Shown piece by piece: positions 38,138 to 53,339 of a stretch of DNA of 64,000 nucleotides (its first letter is position 1; the number at the start of each line of letters is the position of its first letter). A program made the translations under genes and the position numbers. The DNA is taken from positions 186,310,001 through 186,374,000 of the forward strand of contig NC_042997.1 in the NCBI RefSeq assembly GCF_006345805.1, written 5' to 3'. This DNA is from Octopus sinensis (lineage: Eukaryota). Below the pieces are notes generated by a model. The model saw only the letters and a list, made by a program, of their open reading frames with translations. It searched no databases and was not told where the DNA came from.

Positions 38138-39205
38138 TCAGGTCATCCCATAAGTTCTGTCCGATTTTACCTTTTTTAAAGTTGAATGAAATTTAATAGT
38201 ATTTTAGAATGTCTAATGGAATTAAAAATTATTTTTAAGCATTTGAGTACATTTAACCAATTTAAATATAATTTTACAGAATGATAGAATTAAAATTTCT
38301 TTGATTAAAACCCTTTCTAATATGGAAATATCCAAAGAGGATTTGAGGCACATAATGCTTTATGAGTACAAAAAAGGAAACTCTGCAGTCGAAGCGACTC
38401 GAAACATACACTCAGTTTATGGGAAATAATGCCTGAATGAAAGAACTTGCAGAAGATGGTTTGCAAAATTCAGAACGATGAAGATCGAACAGGACGTCCA
38501 GTCGAGTTTCATGATAAGCTCCTTGAGGCATTACTTGATGAAAATCCTGCATTATCAGTTGAAGAATTGGCAATAAAGCTTAGTTTAAAACACACAACTG
38601 TTCAACATCATCTTTAACAACTGAGAAAGATTCCTAAACTTGGAAAATGGATGCCTCATGAATTGTCCGAAAGCAACAGCAAATCCCGAGTTGACATCTA
38701 CTCTTCTCTCCATTCTTGCGAACTCATTATACCATTTTTGCTTAGACTTGTGACTGGTGACGAAAAATGGGTCTTCTATCGAAATGTTAAACGCCGTAAA
38801 GAGTGGTTTGGTAAAAGGGAAAAAGCTCAACCACAACCGAGAAGGGAACTTCATGGGAAAAAGGTTCTTCTCTCTATCTGGTGGGACTTCAAAAGAGTAA
38901 TTCATTTTAATTGTTACCACCTAATGCAACAATCAATACTCAAGTCTACTGTCAGCAGTTAAAGCGTTTGAACCAAGCTTTGAAGAAAAAAAGACCCGCT
39001 TTAGGGAATCGAAAAAGAGTGATGTTTCATCAGGACAATACGCGATTCCACATTGCAAAGATCACGTCACAGAAGATAGAAGAGCTTGGTTGGGAAACAT
39101 TTCCTCATCTACTTTATTCTCCTGACCTTGCTCCTTCAGACTACCATTTGTTTCGTAGTTTACAGAATCATTTGGGAGACATAACTTTCGCAAGCCAGTA
39201 GGAGA
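38138..39205 (+). mobile_element. Mariner (same family as 18846), 3' TIR missing
   Basis: TA followed by TIR tcaggtcatcccataagttctg. Motifs 'VTGDEKW', 'HQDN', 'YSPDLAPSDYHLF'. Confidence 0.9.
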
Positions 39206-39570
39206 TTTTATTAATTTTTGTATACACATTACCGCTCTGCTAAATCATTCAAAAATATTTATGGTAAATACGTGTATTCTGATGGGTGAAGTAGCCAGGA
39301 ATCAGCCGAACGAGTTGGCATTACTGACGATGGCTACAGAAACAGCCGAATCTTACTGGTCAGTCTAGGGAATTATCGGTTCGGTTTTCGGGCCGACTGC
39401 AGTTCCTATCAGAATATGTTATATGCTTTATAACAATATTGTAGCATTTTAGCCCTTATTTCTAGCAATTTAGATGTCTTAACACACTTTGTTACGCTTA
39501 GCTGACGACTATAATATATATATATATATATACATGGAGAGAAAGAGAGACGCGCACGCATACAAATATG

Positions 39571-39630
<60 letters not shown>

Positions 39631-40250
39631 TATATACATACATATATATGCATATATATATTTACAACGACGTAAATACACCAACACCGGTTGCCAAGCG
39701 GTAGTGGGGAGAATAAAAGTAGACACGAAGACACGTACACACACATATACGTCAGGTTTCTTTCAGTTTCTGTCTGCCAAATCCATTCACAATGCTTTGG
39801 TCAGTCAGAGGCTATAGAAGAATACACTTCCTCACAGTTCCAAGCAGTGATACTGAACCCAGAACCACGTGGTTGGGAAGCAAGCTTCGTACCTGTGCCA
39901 AGAGAGTCTTTTAGGAGTACCGTACATTTTTCTCTTGCTGTTTATCTATCTTTTTACTTATATTTGGTAAAAGATACCATCCTGAACGTCAGATCCTCAT
40001 CTGTATCTTTCATTGGCATAATGTGTTTCAGTGACCATTTCTTTGCTTGCTGATTTTAAATTTTTTTACTTTATATTTGTACGCTTTTCAGGTACGTGAT
40101 TTCACGTGTCTCACTCCACGCAGTATTTTTCTTCGTTCCTTGTTTTGCCTCAAATTTTATTCATGTTATATGTGTGATTTTTATCAATCTATCTAGCCAT
40201 TACAATCAATCATTCAATCTCACTCTCTCTTTTTCTCTCTATGTATGTGT

Positions 40251-40285
<35 letters not shown>

Positions 40286-40309
40286 TATATATATATATAT
40301 AATATATAT

Positions 40310-40345
<36 letters not shown>

Positions 40346-40356
40346 CACATATATAC

Positions 40357-40409
<53 letters not shown>

Positions 40410-41161
40410 ATATTGATATATATAGATATAGATATATATACATATATATACATATATATATATATATTTGCATATATATATGTAATATATACATATATAT
40501 ATTTGTATATTTATATATCTATATATATAATTATATATACATATATGAAATGTTTAAATTTCTATTTTATATAATTTTCAAAGCGAAGTGCATCAATAAT
40601 TATTTTATTTTTTTATTTCATCTCTAGTGCACCAGGAAATCTAAAACATCGCTAGTGTGTTAAATGACGTGCTGCTATATTTGAAAGAATAAAAACGACC
40701 CAATAACCGCAGTTTTAACATCTCTCATCAAAGACGTGCTTGCTCAGTCTGATTTAAGCACCAATAACGAGGACAAAAGATAAAATAGAAAGATTTGCTG
40801 TCATTGATATTGAACCCATAATTTCTAGTACCATAGGGTTTCAATGACATTTTATCCATTAAGAAAACTTATTGCAAAAAAAAAGAAAAAAAAGAAAATT
40901 TTTATTTTCGCGTTTTTCTTTCATTTTCTGAGAGAATTCAATTGAAATATATTCAAGAAACTGTTCTTTATTTCAATTCTGCAAACCAATATATGTACAC
41001 ATATGTGTATGCGCGCGCGCGCGTGTGTGTGTGCATGTGTGTATGCGTGTTCTGTGTCTGTGTGCCTGTGTGTGTATGCATATACAAATAAGTATATATG
41101 TGCGCTTACACACACACATGTATATGTACATAGAGGTATGCATACATATATGCATACACAC

Positions 41162-41199
<38 letters not shown>

Positions 41200-42026
41200 C
41201 ATATATATAATAGGTGTTTCCTCTTATGCGTAAACATCGGTTCTAGATGCACTGTTGTATTCAAACTGTGTTTGAAGATATGTAAATATGTATGTTTAGA
41301 CAGATAGATAGATAGATAGATACACACACATACAAACATACATACATATACATGTAGATATTAAGATATATGTGTACATGCACGCATGTGCATATGTATA
41401 AATATGTGTGTGCACAATTCATCATCAAAATATACATACATAAATACAGACGCAGAGTTGATATATATATATATATATATGTGAGTATGTGTGTGTGTGC
41501 GTGTGTGTGTGTGTACGAGTGAGTATGTGTGTATGTAAATGTCTGTGTGTTTCTGTGTATTTATGTATGTATACTTCGACAATGCATGCTTGTGTGCATG
41601 TGTCCCTATGTACATATGTATCTGTTTAGAGACAAGCATACATAAATCTATTATGTATTGTAAATTCCATTATAACTGTAATTTCAACCGAGCTTACATC
41701 CTAAGAAATCCTGCTGTTACTAACAGTTATTCACAAACTTTAATTTACAAAGTATACTTAGATTTTTTTTTGAAATCTCTATATACATTTTTTTAAATAT
41801 TATAATAAATACTTTCCTTCTTTTTATTTTCTCCTCTTTTTTTTATTTTTCGGAAATTTACATGTCTATTTTCTATGTATCTATTTTTAAATTTCATTTT
41901 TAGATACAAGCTAGTAAGAAAAAAAATAACGAAACGAAAATAACAGCAACAACAATAATTATAATGATAGTAATGATAATAATAATAATAACAATAACAA
42001 TAACAATAATAATAATATTAATAATA

Positions 42027-42059
<33 letters not shown>

Positions 42060-42092
42060 TAATAATCATAGTAATAATAATATAATAATATG

Positions 42093-42128
<36 letters not shown>

Positions 42129-42147
42129 TAATATAGTAGTAGTAGTA

Positions 42148-42189
<42 letters not shown>

Positions 42190-42717
42190 TTAATAAAAAT
42201 TTTATTAATAATAACAATAATAACAATAATAAGTGTGATGATGATGATGATTTTCAGCTAAGTAAAAATGGAGTATGTTTTTTTTAAATACATATTTGAC
42301 TTACTTGTATGTAACACAACAAACGAATCATGTGTTATTTTTTTTTGGTGTACATTTTGATTTTTTTGTTTTGTTATTTTATTGTATATATTTTGCAATA
42401 TATAAGCATGTATGGTGACCTACTTTTACCATAATACTAATATTAACTAAACTGGAAAAGCTGACACGTTATTTTGTAAGTCACGAGTAAAAAATGTGAA
42501 ATGGCTTGGAATTCAGTCATGTCTTTGGGAAGTTAACTCTCATGAAATTTCCGTATCCCATGAAAATTCCAGAGAAAATTCTTTGGTTTTATAACCCAAT
42601 TCATACATTTCACTCGTATTCATAATGTGTGTTTCTCAATAGTGCAGTAATGTCAATAACGAGTGTGTGTATACATACATACATTCATATATATGCATAC
42701 ATACATGTATATATATG

Positions 42718-42748
<31 letters not shown>

Positions 42749-42937
42749 GTATACATATAAATATATATAGAGAGAGAGAGGGAAAGTGAGAGAGAGAGAT
42801 AAAGAAAGGAGGTAGATAGATAAATAAGTATATACATATGTATATAAATATACATGCATATATCTGTATATACACACGTATACATTCATATATATGGATT
42901 AGATAGATTAAACATAGATATACATATACATACATTC

Positions 42938-43019
<82 letters not shown>

Positions 43020-43961
43020 GTATATGTATATATGGGTGTTAACCCATTAGTTTATCCTAATAATCTCATCCACCGGATCCAGGGTATCAGATAGACAGTA
43101 AACCAGAGATTGTCTTTTTTTATCAAATACGTGCCTTAATTCCACAAATACGTGCCTTAGTTCCACAAACACGTGCAGAGATTTTAGAAATATTCATAAG
43201 GCGAATGAAGTGACCAAGTTCTCTTATATTAATTCACAATTGTTTCATCTTAATTCGATCTCATGAATATTGCTATATTATGCAAAAATATATATTGCAT
43301 ATATTGATTCACGAGATGTCGTTCGAGTCTTCAGAGTTATGTATAAAAGTTATATGCTGTAGATGCTTGAATCATCAATAATTTATGCCCATGTCATGTT
43401 GAGCGGGTTTACATGGGTGCATTTGCATATTACAAGCAAAAACAGAGGAAAGCAAACCCTGGTTTGAATTAACTGGTCTAGAAGAATTACGAATTACACA
43501 AAGAATAGACAAAGTACTGTAAGAAGCAGAAAAGAAATACGAATGTCTTTGTTTTTAGCCAATGTAATAAATTATAGACTTGTTAACAGTTTCTATCTCA
43601 AAAGGTATTTGATTGCAATGTTTTACAAAAGTGTTTTTTGTAATGCTCTTGCGGTATGTTTGTCCGATTACTTATTTAGATAAGGAATCCCAAACATACG
43701 TTTGTAGTTTTATCACAGGGAAATCTTTTTGTTAGCTACATCGTTGTAGTCAGATATTGGCGTTACAGGGGTCAAATGTCATTTGTCATAGAATTCAGAA
43801 GTAACACATATATACTTACACGTACACACACTAACAGATAAAAAAAAAGATGCAGTTGCTGTTAATACCTTATAAGGCATGTCTTACCAAAACAATGTTA
43901 GATAAAAAAGATTTCTCTATACACAGACATAAAAGGATAACACTAGTGCTTTATGTGTAGA

Positions 43962-44095
43962 CGTGGCTATGTGGCCAGATGTTTGCTTCTGAAGCGCATG
44001 GTTCCTTGGGCAAGTGACTTCTACCACAGCCTCAGGCCGACTAAAACCACGTGATTGAATTTGGCTGTCGGAAACTGAAAGAAGTCCGTAGCACT

Positions 44096-44160
<65 letters not shown>

Positions 44161-44800
44161 TCTTTGTGTCTGTATTTGTCGCCAACCACGGTTTGACAAC
44201 CTGCGCTGATGTTTTTACGTGCCCGTAACTTAGCGTTACCGCAAAAGAGACCGACAGAATTAGTACTATGCGGCGAGCTGGCAGAGTCGTAAGCACGCCG
44301 GGCGAAATGCTTAGCCGTATTTCGTCTGTCGTTAGGTTCTGAGTTCAAATTCCGCGGAGGTCGACTTTGCCTTTCATCCTTCCGGAGTCGATTAAATAAG
44401 TACCAGTTACGCACTGGGGTCGATATAATCGACTTAATCCCTTTGTCTGTCCTTTTTTGTCCTCTCTGTGTTTAGCCCTTTGTGAGTAGTAAAGAAATAG
44501 TTATTTCGTCTGCCGTTACGTCCTGAGTTAAAATTCCGCCGAGGTCGACTTTGCCTTTCATCCTTTCGGGGTCGATAAATTAAGTACCAGTTATGCACTG
44601 GGGTCAATGTAATCGACTTTATCCCTTTGTCTCTCCTTGTCTGTCCCCTCTATGTTTGGCCCCTTGTGGGTAATAAAGAAATAAGAATTAGTACTATGCT
44701 TTAAAACAATAATTCCTGGGCTCGATTAGTTTGACAAAAATTCTTCAAGGAGATGCCCCAACATGGCCGCGGTCTGATGACTGAAAAAAATAAAAGGAGT
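43962..44800 (+). mobile_element. SINE family B interrupted by a SINE family A dimer (44272-44683)
   Basis: 16-bp TSD agaattagtactatgc at 44256-44271 and 44684-44699. Confidence 0.88.
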
Positions 44801-45052
44801 GAAAATTTAAAAAAATTCCCTTCTTACATTCACTCTAAGTGACCCAGTTAAATATTCAAACACATAGAATATTCTGATATATATAAATATAGATATTCTG
44901 TAAACCCAGCAGACATTTTCACAAAGGCACCAAAATTCAAAAATTTGCATAATATCAAGAAAATTCGTATCCTTGATTTGGTGGTGTAAAGGTCTGTTTA
45001 GAAATCTTCCCAAAATAGGTTTCCGTTGGTAGTCGATGAAGCAATTGCAAAT

Positions 45053-45465
45053 TATTGTTGTATTTCGGGATGGTCATTTTTGTTTGTCTATATATTTTTG
45101 CCAAATAGACACACGCACTATATATTTTTTCTTCACTTGTTTATTACTGTTATTTTATTATTTTAACGCCTGCCCATTGCCCAGAAATCTTTCATCACAC
45201 ATCTGTGACCTCTTCAGTGAGACTTTTCGTTATCGTGTGTGTTATTGCTCCACTTACTCCATTCGGAGCAAGAGCATACATGTAAACGAAAAGTGTCGCT
45301 GAAGAGGTCACAGATGTGTTACGAAAGATTTCCAGACAATAGACATGCGTTAATATAAAACAAAAATAAAAAATAGTATTAAACGAGTAAAAAACAAATA
45401 TATAGTGCATGCGTTTATTTGACAAAATAAATAAATAAAAATGACCATCCCGAAATACAACAATA
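45053..45465. repeat. Foldback element with ~180-bp inverted arms, each containing a hammerhead-like motif
   Basis: Ends tattgttgtatttcgggatggtcattttt and aaaaatgaccatcccgaaatacaacaata. Cores at 45178-45223 (-) and 45294-45338 (+). Confidence 0.85.
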
Positions 45466-45606
45466 TATGTTTCAACACACCATTTCGCATCAGGAATCTT
45501 GCAACACAAATTGATAAACGTAAAATTGTAAATTTCTGTAATAAAAAATTCTCTTAATCCATTCTCCTTATTTATATTTATATACGCATATAAATAACTA
45601 TATGCG

Positions 45607-45664
<58 letters not shown>

Positions 45665-46399
45665 CGAGGGGAGTCAAAAATCATCCGTACTTTCGCCATA
45701 ACAAGGACCTGGATCGATTCGTTCGACTAGAATTCTCCAAAGTGGTGGCCAAGCATGGCCGCGGGCTAATGATTGAAACGAGTAAAAAATAAAAGATAAA
45801 AGACGCGTGTGTGTATGTATGTGTGTATGTGTGTATGTGCGTGTGTGTGTGTATGTGTGTGTGTACATATGTGTGTGTGTATTTCCCTATACATACACAC
45901 AAGTAGGTAAACTCACACGGATGCGTGCAATACAGTCTTAGATTATTTAAGCAAAGTAATTTAATCCATGAACGTGCATAACGAATCAACAGGTAGTTGG
46001 GGCTATGACATCATATCAAAGTGAACTAAAAAAAACAAGAGCGGGAAGAATAAACCTCAAAAATGGCACATTAAAAATATGATACATTTACTATACATAT
46101 ATAAGTGTGCGTTTAGTTAGTATTATCCTTATAAACCGGACATGTAAAAGCATATGATTGGTTAGTCATAAATTGTTATATAACCAATAGCTATAACCGT
46201 TATAATTTTCATTAACATAACACGCTTTTAGAAAAACAGGTGAAAGAGAGGAATAAACAGAGTTGACGCTGTTGGTTAGTAGGTATATTTCCCTGCTCAT
46301 ATGCATTAGAACTGCCAAGAAAATTGTATTAATATAAACGTAAAAGCTCAGGATTGTCTAATAAATATCATAGCACTTCTTCCTATTCTTCTTCTTTTC

Positions 46400-46660
46400 C
46401 TTTCTTCTCTCTCTATCTCTCTCTGTCTTACTTTGTTTTATGCCTTTCCTTTTTCTCCCTTTGCTTTTCTCATCCCTTTTCTGTTTTCTTTTTCTTCTTC
46501 TTTTACTTCTATATATATTTCTTCCTATTCTCCTTCTTCTTTTCCTTCCTCCTCTCTCTATCTCTCTTCTTTGTTTTATGCTTTTCCTTTTTCTCCCCTT
46601 TGCTTCTCTCATCCCTTTTCTGTTTTCTTTTTCTTCTTCTTTTACTTCTATATATACTTT
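46400..46660. repeat. ~138-bp pyrimidine-rich tandem duplication
   Basis: tttgttttatgc..ctcatcccttttctgttttc..ttttacttctatatata occurs twice. Confidence 0.8.
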
Positions 46661-47315
46661 GGTTCTTTTGTTTCTCCTCGCCCTTCTCTTCTCTTAGCAT
46701 CTCATTTGGAAGCATTTCAAGTTGTTGTTGTGGTTTAAATTTATGTTTCGCGGAGTAGTGTTACCTACTTTCATTTTCTTTATAGTCTTCGTTGCTAAAT
46801 ACATTATGTCAGCAAAAATATTATTCTGCCAGACGAAATGCTTTGAAGTATTTAGGCTGATGGATTTGCACAAAGGTTTAGAGTGTCAGCTTTACGATAT
46901 TTCTTCCAGAACTTCTCGTTCTGAGTTCAAATCCTAACGTGATCAACATTGTCTTTCAACCATCAGAGGGTCGATAAAATAAAGTACCACTCAAATACTG
47001 GGATATTTACATTTTCACAGACAGATTTAAAAAATAATTTTTTGTAACTGAACACTTTCAAACTTCGGACACTGGTAGAAAGTGTCATATAAAACATCTT
47101 TTACTTTTAGCATTTTCGAGAAAAACTTATATTTACGAAGTTATTTCACGTTAAAGTTGTCCTATTTCGGTAATTTAAACCAATCAATGACGTGTATTCA
47201 GCTGAATAAAATTACTGCTGTTGTTTGTCAACAAGAACTATCGGTTGTGTATTTTTCGTTTGTCACTATTATTTATGACATCGTTCGTGCGTTTGTACTG
47301 GTTTTAGCTTTAAGG

Positions 47316-47356
47316 TTTTAGGGTTAGGGTTTAGGGTTAGGGTTTTAGGGTTAGGG
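47316..47356 (+). repeat. Interstitial telomere-like (TTAGGG/TTTAGGG/TTTTAGGG)n
   Basis: Six degenerate units read directly. Confidence 0.85.
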
Positions 47357-47500
47357 TACCGCCTCCTTGCGTTGTTGTATTTGTTTTGTTTTTCGTTTTG
47401 GGGAAATTACTGTATTATATATATATATATAATATAATAATACATACGCACATATTTATAATAAATTATTTAAAGGATTTATTTAGAGACGTCATGCATG

Positions 47501-47554
<54 letters not shown>

Positions 47555-47557
<3 letters not shown>

Positions 47558-47784
47558 GTTGGCCAAAAGTCACCCGATAGTAAATCAGAATTCCATAAAT
47601 ACTCTCTGTTATTCTGTATTGATTCGAATGTGAAAATGTGTCGCTCAAGGAGTTCGGTTTGAAGAATTTTCATGATACTTCATATTCAGATGCTTTTTAT
47701 TAAATTCATTCAGTTGTTAAACATAAATAAATCTTGGAATTAAATGGTTTTGATTCACTGTCAGGTGACTTTTGGACAACCCTG
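47555..47784. mobile_element. Tc1/mariner-type MITE
   Basis: TIRs caggttggccaaaagtcacccgatagt and actgtcaggtgacttttggacaaccctg, both TA-flanked. Confidence 0.8.
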
Positions 47785-47788
47785 TATA

Positions 47789-48778
47789 CACAGACATGAA
47801 AGAAGTAAATAGACACCCTTATAATCATTAAAATTTATATAAATCTGAAATTATACATTCAGATTATTTGTTAGATGTTATGACGTGGACATTTAATATT
47901 TAGTAGACATGCTCTTTGCATTTTTCAATGCAAGGGCCCTTTTTGGCATGTTATTGATCAGATGGTGAACATTCTCTTGTGGAATTTCTTGCTAAGTTTC
48001 CTGCAATAATTCCAAAAGATCCGGCTTTGAAGATGCTTTCTTGTTCTGTTTATGAAATGTCCTGTCCATTGTGCCCCAGAGGTGTTCTATAGAGTTCATA
48101 TCTGGTGACTGGCTTGGCTATGAAAGCTTTCTAATGCCATTCTTTTCCAACAAATCTTGGATCATTTTAACCGTGCGACAAGGAATCCCATCTTCTTTAA
48201 TCATTTCACCTTTGGAGAAGTTTGGAATGAGTCCTTTCTGCAATATGGATACATACTTATTTGAGTATATTTTTCCCTTACACTCCACCACCTTTGATCA
48301 ACCATTGCTCCCAATTGTTCCCCAGACCATCACAGAATAGCTGCAGTGTTTCAATGCTGGTTGCAATCTTTTCACACCAAATTCTTGATCACAGTGTCTC
48401 CAGAGTATTATCCTCCACACTTCTCTTAGCAAAGAGAAGGGTCTTGACAAAAGGCCTTGGTCGATCTGGACAAGGTGATTTCGACTCCTTCCCGTCTCTG
48501 GTGAATTGCACAATCACTCTATTAACTGTAGAAAGCGAGATCCCAAGGTTTTCTGCGATTTTACGCAGACTTTATCCACCTTCAGAATGACCCCACAATA
48601 CGGTCTCTTTGAAATTCAGACAGTTCCAAGGCTTCTTTTGTACATGGCATGATTAAACAGTCACATATAGAATCTGAAACATAAAAATGTCAATTAATAC
48701 GAAATACAAACCTTTACAAGTTTGAATAAACAGATAACGATGTTTTATGGGGTGTCTATTTACTTCTATGTGTGTGTG
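47789..48778 (-). mobile_element. Internally deleted Tc1-type transposon
   Basis: TIRs agaagtaaatagacaccc / gggtgtctatttacttct with TA flanks. Reverse strand encodes 'SVMVWGTI' and 'SQSPDMNSIEHLW'. Confidence 0.85.
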
Positions 48779-49242
48779 TATATATATATATGTATATATA
48801 TATATATCTTTAAAAGGTTTTTTTTAGATCAATCATGCATATATATGTATATATACGTACGTACATACTTACATACATACTAACATACTAACATATATGC
48901 ATACATACATGCATACATACACATATGCGTATCCATGCTTCCATACAATGATATTTAGCTTCAATTGTAGTGAGTTAGTGATAAACTGAAAGTCATGGTT
49001 GCATGACTTCTCTCCTTCAAGTCCACACGGCATTATGTATCAAACTCAGTCTCTCATGGTTCGCCCGGCTTTGCCTACTCCTTTTTGTACGCCAAAAACA
49101 CCAAACGTTTCAAGTTAATACAATACTGTATTACAAAAGCCTGCGACATCAAATACTATGGTTGTGTGTTCCTATAATATATTTATACTACATATGTATG
49201 TATGTATGTATGGTATGTATATATATATATATACATGCATAC

Positions 49243-49275
<33 letters not shown>

Positions 49276-49477
49276 CATACATACATATATACATATATAT
49301 ACATGCATACATATATATATATATATACATGCATATATATATATATATATACTTATATGAACATATACATGTATATATATTTATTATTATACATATATAC
49401 ATATATATTAAAGTATAAATCTGTGTGTATATATATATATATTAAATGCTTTATATATATATGTGTGTGTATGTGTG

Positions 49478-49516
<39 letters not shown>

Positions 49517-49949
49517 GCTAGTGTGTATATCCATACGTACGTACGTACACATAATGTAAATTTACACTTGTTTTGTTTTAAAATGCCGTGATATCCACCT
49601 CCGTTGCGCATATACGTTCTTTCCTGCACCAGCTCCACCCCTGCTCAGCTCTTCGGCTTTTGTTTTTTTTTTCATCAACTACAAAATAACATATCATATA
49701 TCTTATTCTTTGGAACCAATATCTGGTCTGTTGCCTTCGCATTCTATTGATATTTCTGTTGGGATGTTCTACTAATATTCTGTGCTTCTACATACATTTT
49801 CAATATCACTGTTATTTATTTATGTAGTCTTGTTGTTGTTATTGTTGTTGTTGTTGTTGCACTTCGTTCTTTTTTTTATTTTTTGGCCTGTTTCTGCCAT
49901 AGTTTCTCCGTATATACCCGTATATCATTGTATAACATTTATTCGTTAT

Positions 49950-50410
<461 letters not shown>

Positions 50411-50715
50411 GTTGTTTTTTTCCCCTGGAATAACAGAGGAAGATAATAGAAAGAAATGACGGAAGATGATGATATCAGCGATGAATATTTTAGCCACTTC
50501 TAACAATATGAATTACATCTTTCACAGAAGCCTAACCGAGCCAACATTTAATAACATATTTTCGTTGCTTTGAAGAACCTTCGTATTCTTTTATTTATAA
50601 GATACTTTGCTTCCAATCTGCTATTCATAAATTGCGAACGAAGGAGAACACACACACAAATTCATAATATATTATATATATATTATATATATATATATAT
50701 ATACAAACATACATA

Positions 50716-50746
<31 letters not shown>

Positions 50747-50826
50747 ATATGTATATATATAACATATATATATATATATATAATATATAAATATATATAA
50801 TATATTATATATATATATATATATAC

Positions 50827-50870
<44 letters not shown>

Positions 50871-51048
50871 CACGCACACACAACCACAGGCTACCTTTTG
50901 AAGCGTATTTTGGTATAGGATAGTCACCCGGCCATGAGGTTTCCTTTTCTCATAATACTTTTGTCATCTATGATGTGAAATGAACGTCAGCGAACTGCAG
51001 TATGTTTGACAATATGTATATATATGTATATATATATATACAATATAT

Positions 51049-51102
<54 letters not shown>

Positions 51103-51176
51103 ATGTGTGTGTGTATGTATGTATATATATATATAGATATATATATGTATATATATATATATATATATAACATATA

Positions 51177-51213
<37 letters not shown>

Positions 51214-52199
51214 ATATATGCACATAAATACAAATATGTATGTTTATATATCTATTCATGCATGCATACGTACGTACGTACATATATACATATATACATT
51301 TATACGTATGACTGCAACATCATTAGTAAGTGAAATTACAAACTGATAAATGCGTATCTATTTACAATGGAATATATTATTTATCTCTTCTGTATTATAT
51401 TAAATAATTCTAGGTTTTTCTATTATTTTTTCTTCTAAGAGTCATGGTTTAGAAAATGGTAAATTGCTTTTAGTCTAATTTGTGCTGCCTAATTTCAATT
51501 CATTTCAATTCACCTGCATTTTTTATGATCTAAGGGAAGGTATGATTGTCATAGTTACCATTTCAAGTTTATATGACAAATGATCGCTTGTTGATGGCCA
51601 TGTTGTATATCTTTTGTTAGCTTCGTTGACACAGTACAGAGAGCAGGAGTAATGATGGTTGTATAATGGCTTGACTTCAAAGGAATTGGATTAATTTTAA
51701 AGCATCAGCGCCTTTGTTGACAGCAAAATGATCTCTTTTTGCATGAATACATATGTACACACACACATACAAACACACACTTACTCGCTCACTCACAAAC
51801 ACACATACAGACACATAGACACACTCACATGCACACATATGCATAGATAGGACCGTGGCCTAGTGGTTAGAGTGCTAGTCTCGTCCCGTTCAGAAAATCG
51901 TAGGTTCGATTCCTAGACGGGAGATGATTCGTTGTGATTTTGAGTAAGGCACTTGCTTCACGTTGTTCCAGTATACTAAGCTAAAAATGAGAAACCGTCC
52001 AATAATAGTGTACATTCTTTTCCCCTCAGCTCTCATGTCCTCAACATCCTCCAGGATCAAGGAGTGTAAGAACCAAGAGGGTAACTGTCTACTCACGACA
52101 ATATGAGCAACAAAAGCAATTAGTGAAAATTTGGCACGTTACCAGTTCATACCCGCTTATAAGTAACGACAATGTTATATGTATTTATATATATATAAA

Positions 52200-52337
52200 G
52201 GCGTGTGGCTCTGTGTTAAGATGCTTGCCTCCCAACCATCTTCCGCGCATCTTGTGCAAATGTCTTTTGCTGTAGCCTCAGGCCGACCAAACCCTTGTGG
52301 GTGGATTTGGTAGACAGAAACTAAAAGAAGTTATGTG

Positions 52338-52392
<55 letters not shown>

Positions 52393-52622
52393 CATACATA
52401 TATACATACAAACACACGCACGCACACTTGTATGTTCATGTGTCTTTGTGTCAGTGTCTATCCCCCATCACCGCTTGACATCCGTGTGTTTACGCCTCAG
52501 TAACTTAGCGGTTCGGCAAAAGAGATCAATAATATAAGTACCAAGTTTTAAAAATAATAAGTATTGGGGTCAATTCATCCGACTAAAATTTCCTCAAGGC
52601 GGTGCCCCAGCATGGCCGCAGT
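52200..52622 (+). mobile_element. SINE family B (diverged)
   Basis: Head, internal (TA)n and ggcggtgccccagcatggccgcag. Confidence 0.78.
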
Positions 52623-52725
52623 ATATATATATATATACACATACATAATATAAACATATATATATATTATACATGTACATATACATACATACATACCTAC
52701 ATACATACATACATACATATGTATG

Positions 52726-52758
<33 letters not shown>

Positions 52759-53339
52759 TATTATATATATTACATATGCAACAGTCTCAGAAGTTCTGTA
52801 AATGGACATGGACACTGCCTTCTCTCCTAAAACATCAAAAATTCTATATAATACATTATTTTCAAGCATGCTCTAGAAGAATTTTCCCATTAAATTCCAG
52901 CAAACAATAAAAGAATCGCGGAGCTGGAAAGCATCCAGGGTTAATGACACCTAACTACGTCTAAATCAAATCCTAATGTTTGGCACTGCATGCTCGAAAA
53001 CTCAGAACTGTTTAAGAACAAAGCTGCAAATGGTTTTAGTAAACAATCAATTAATTCAGGCTCTGTTGTGTTTCCTATGCGATACACACACACACACAAA
53101 CAAACACACACATATGTACATACATACATATACATACAGACATAAACACACACTCACACACACACGCGCGCGTGTGCGCACGCACGTACACACACATATA
53201 GTTTAACTTGTTTAGAATCCTGTACAATGCAAAAATGGAAAAAGAAGATGGAACACTGAAGTAAGGAAGACTAAATAACAGTTAGCATTTTACCTTTCGA
53301 TACTTTATGATTCATACCTCATTGTCTGAAGAAATGGAA

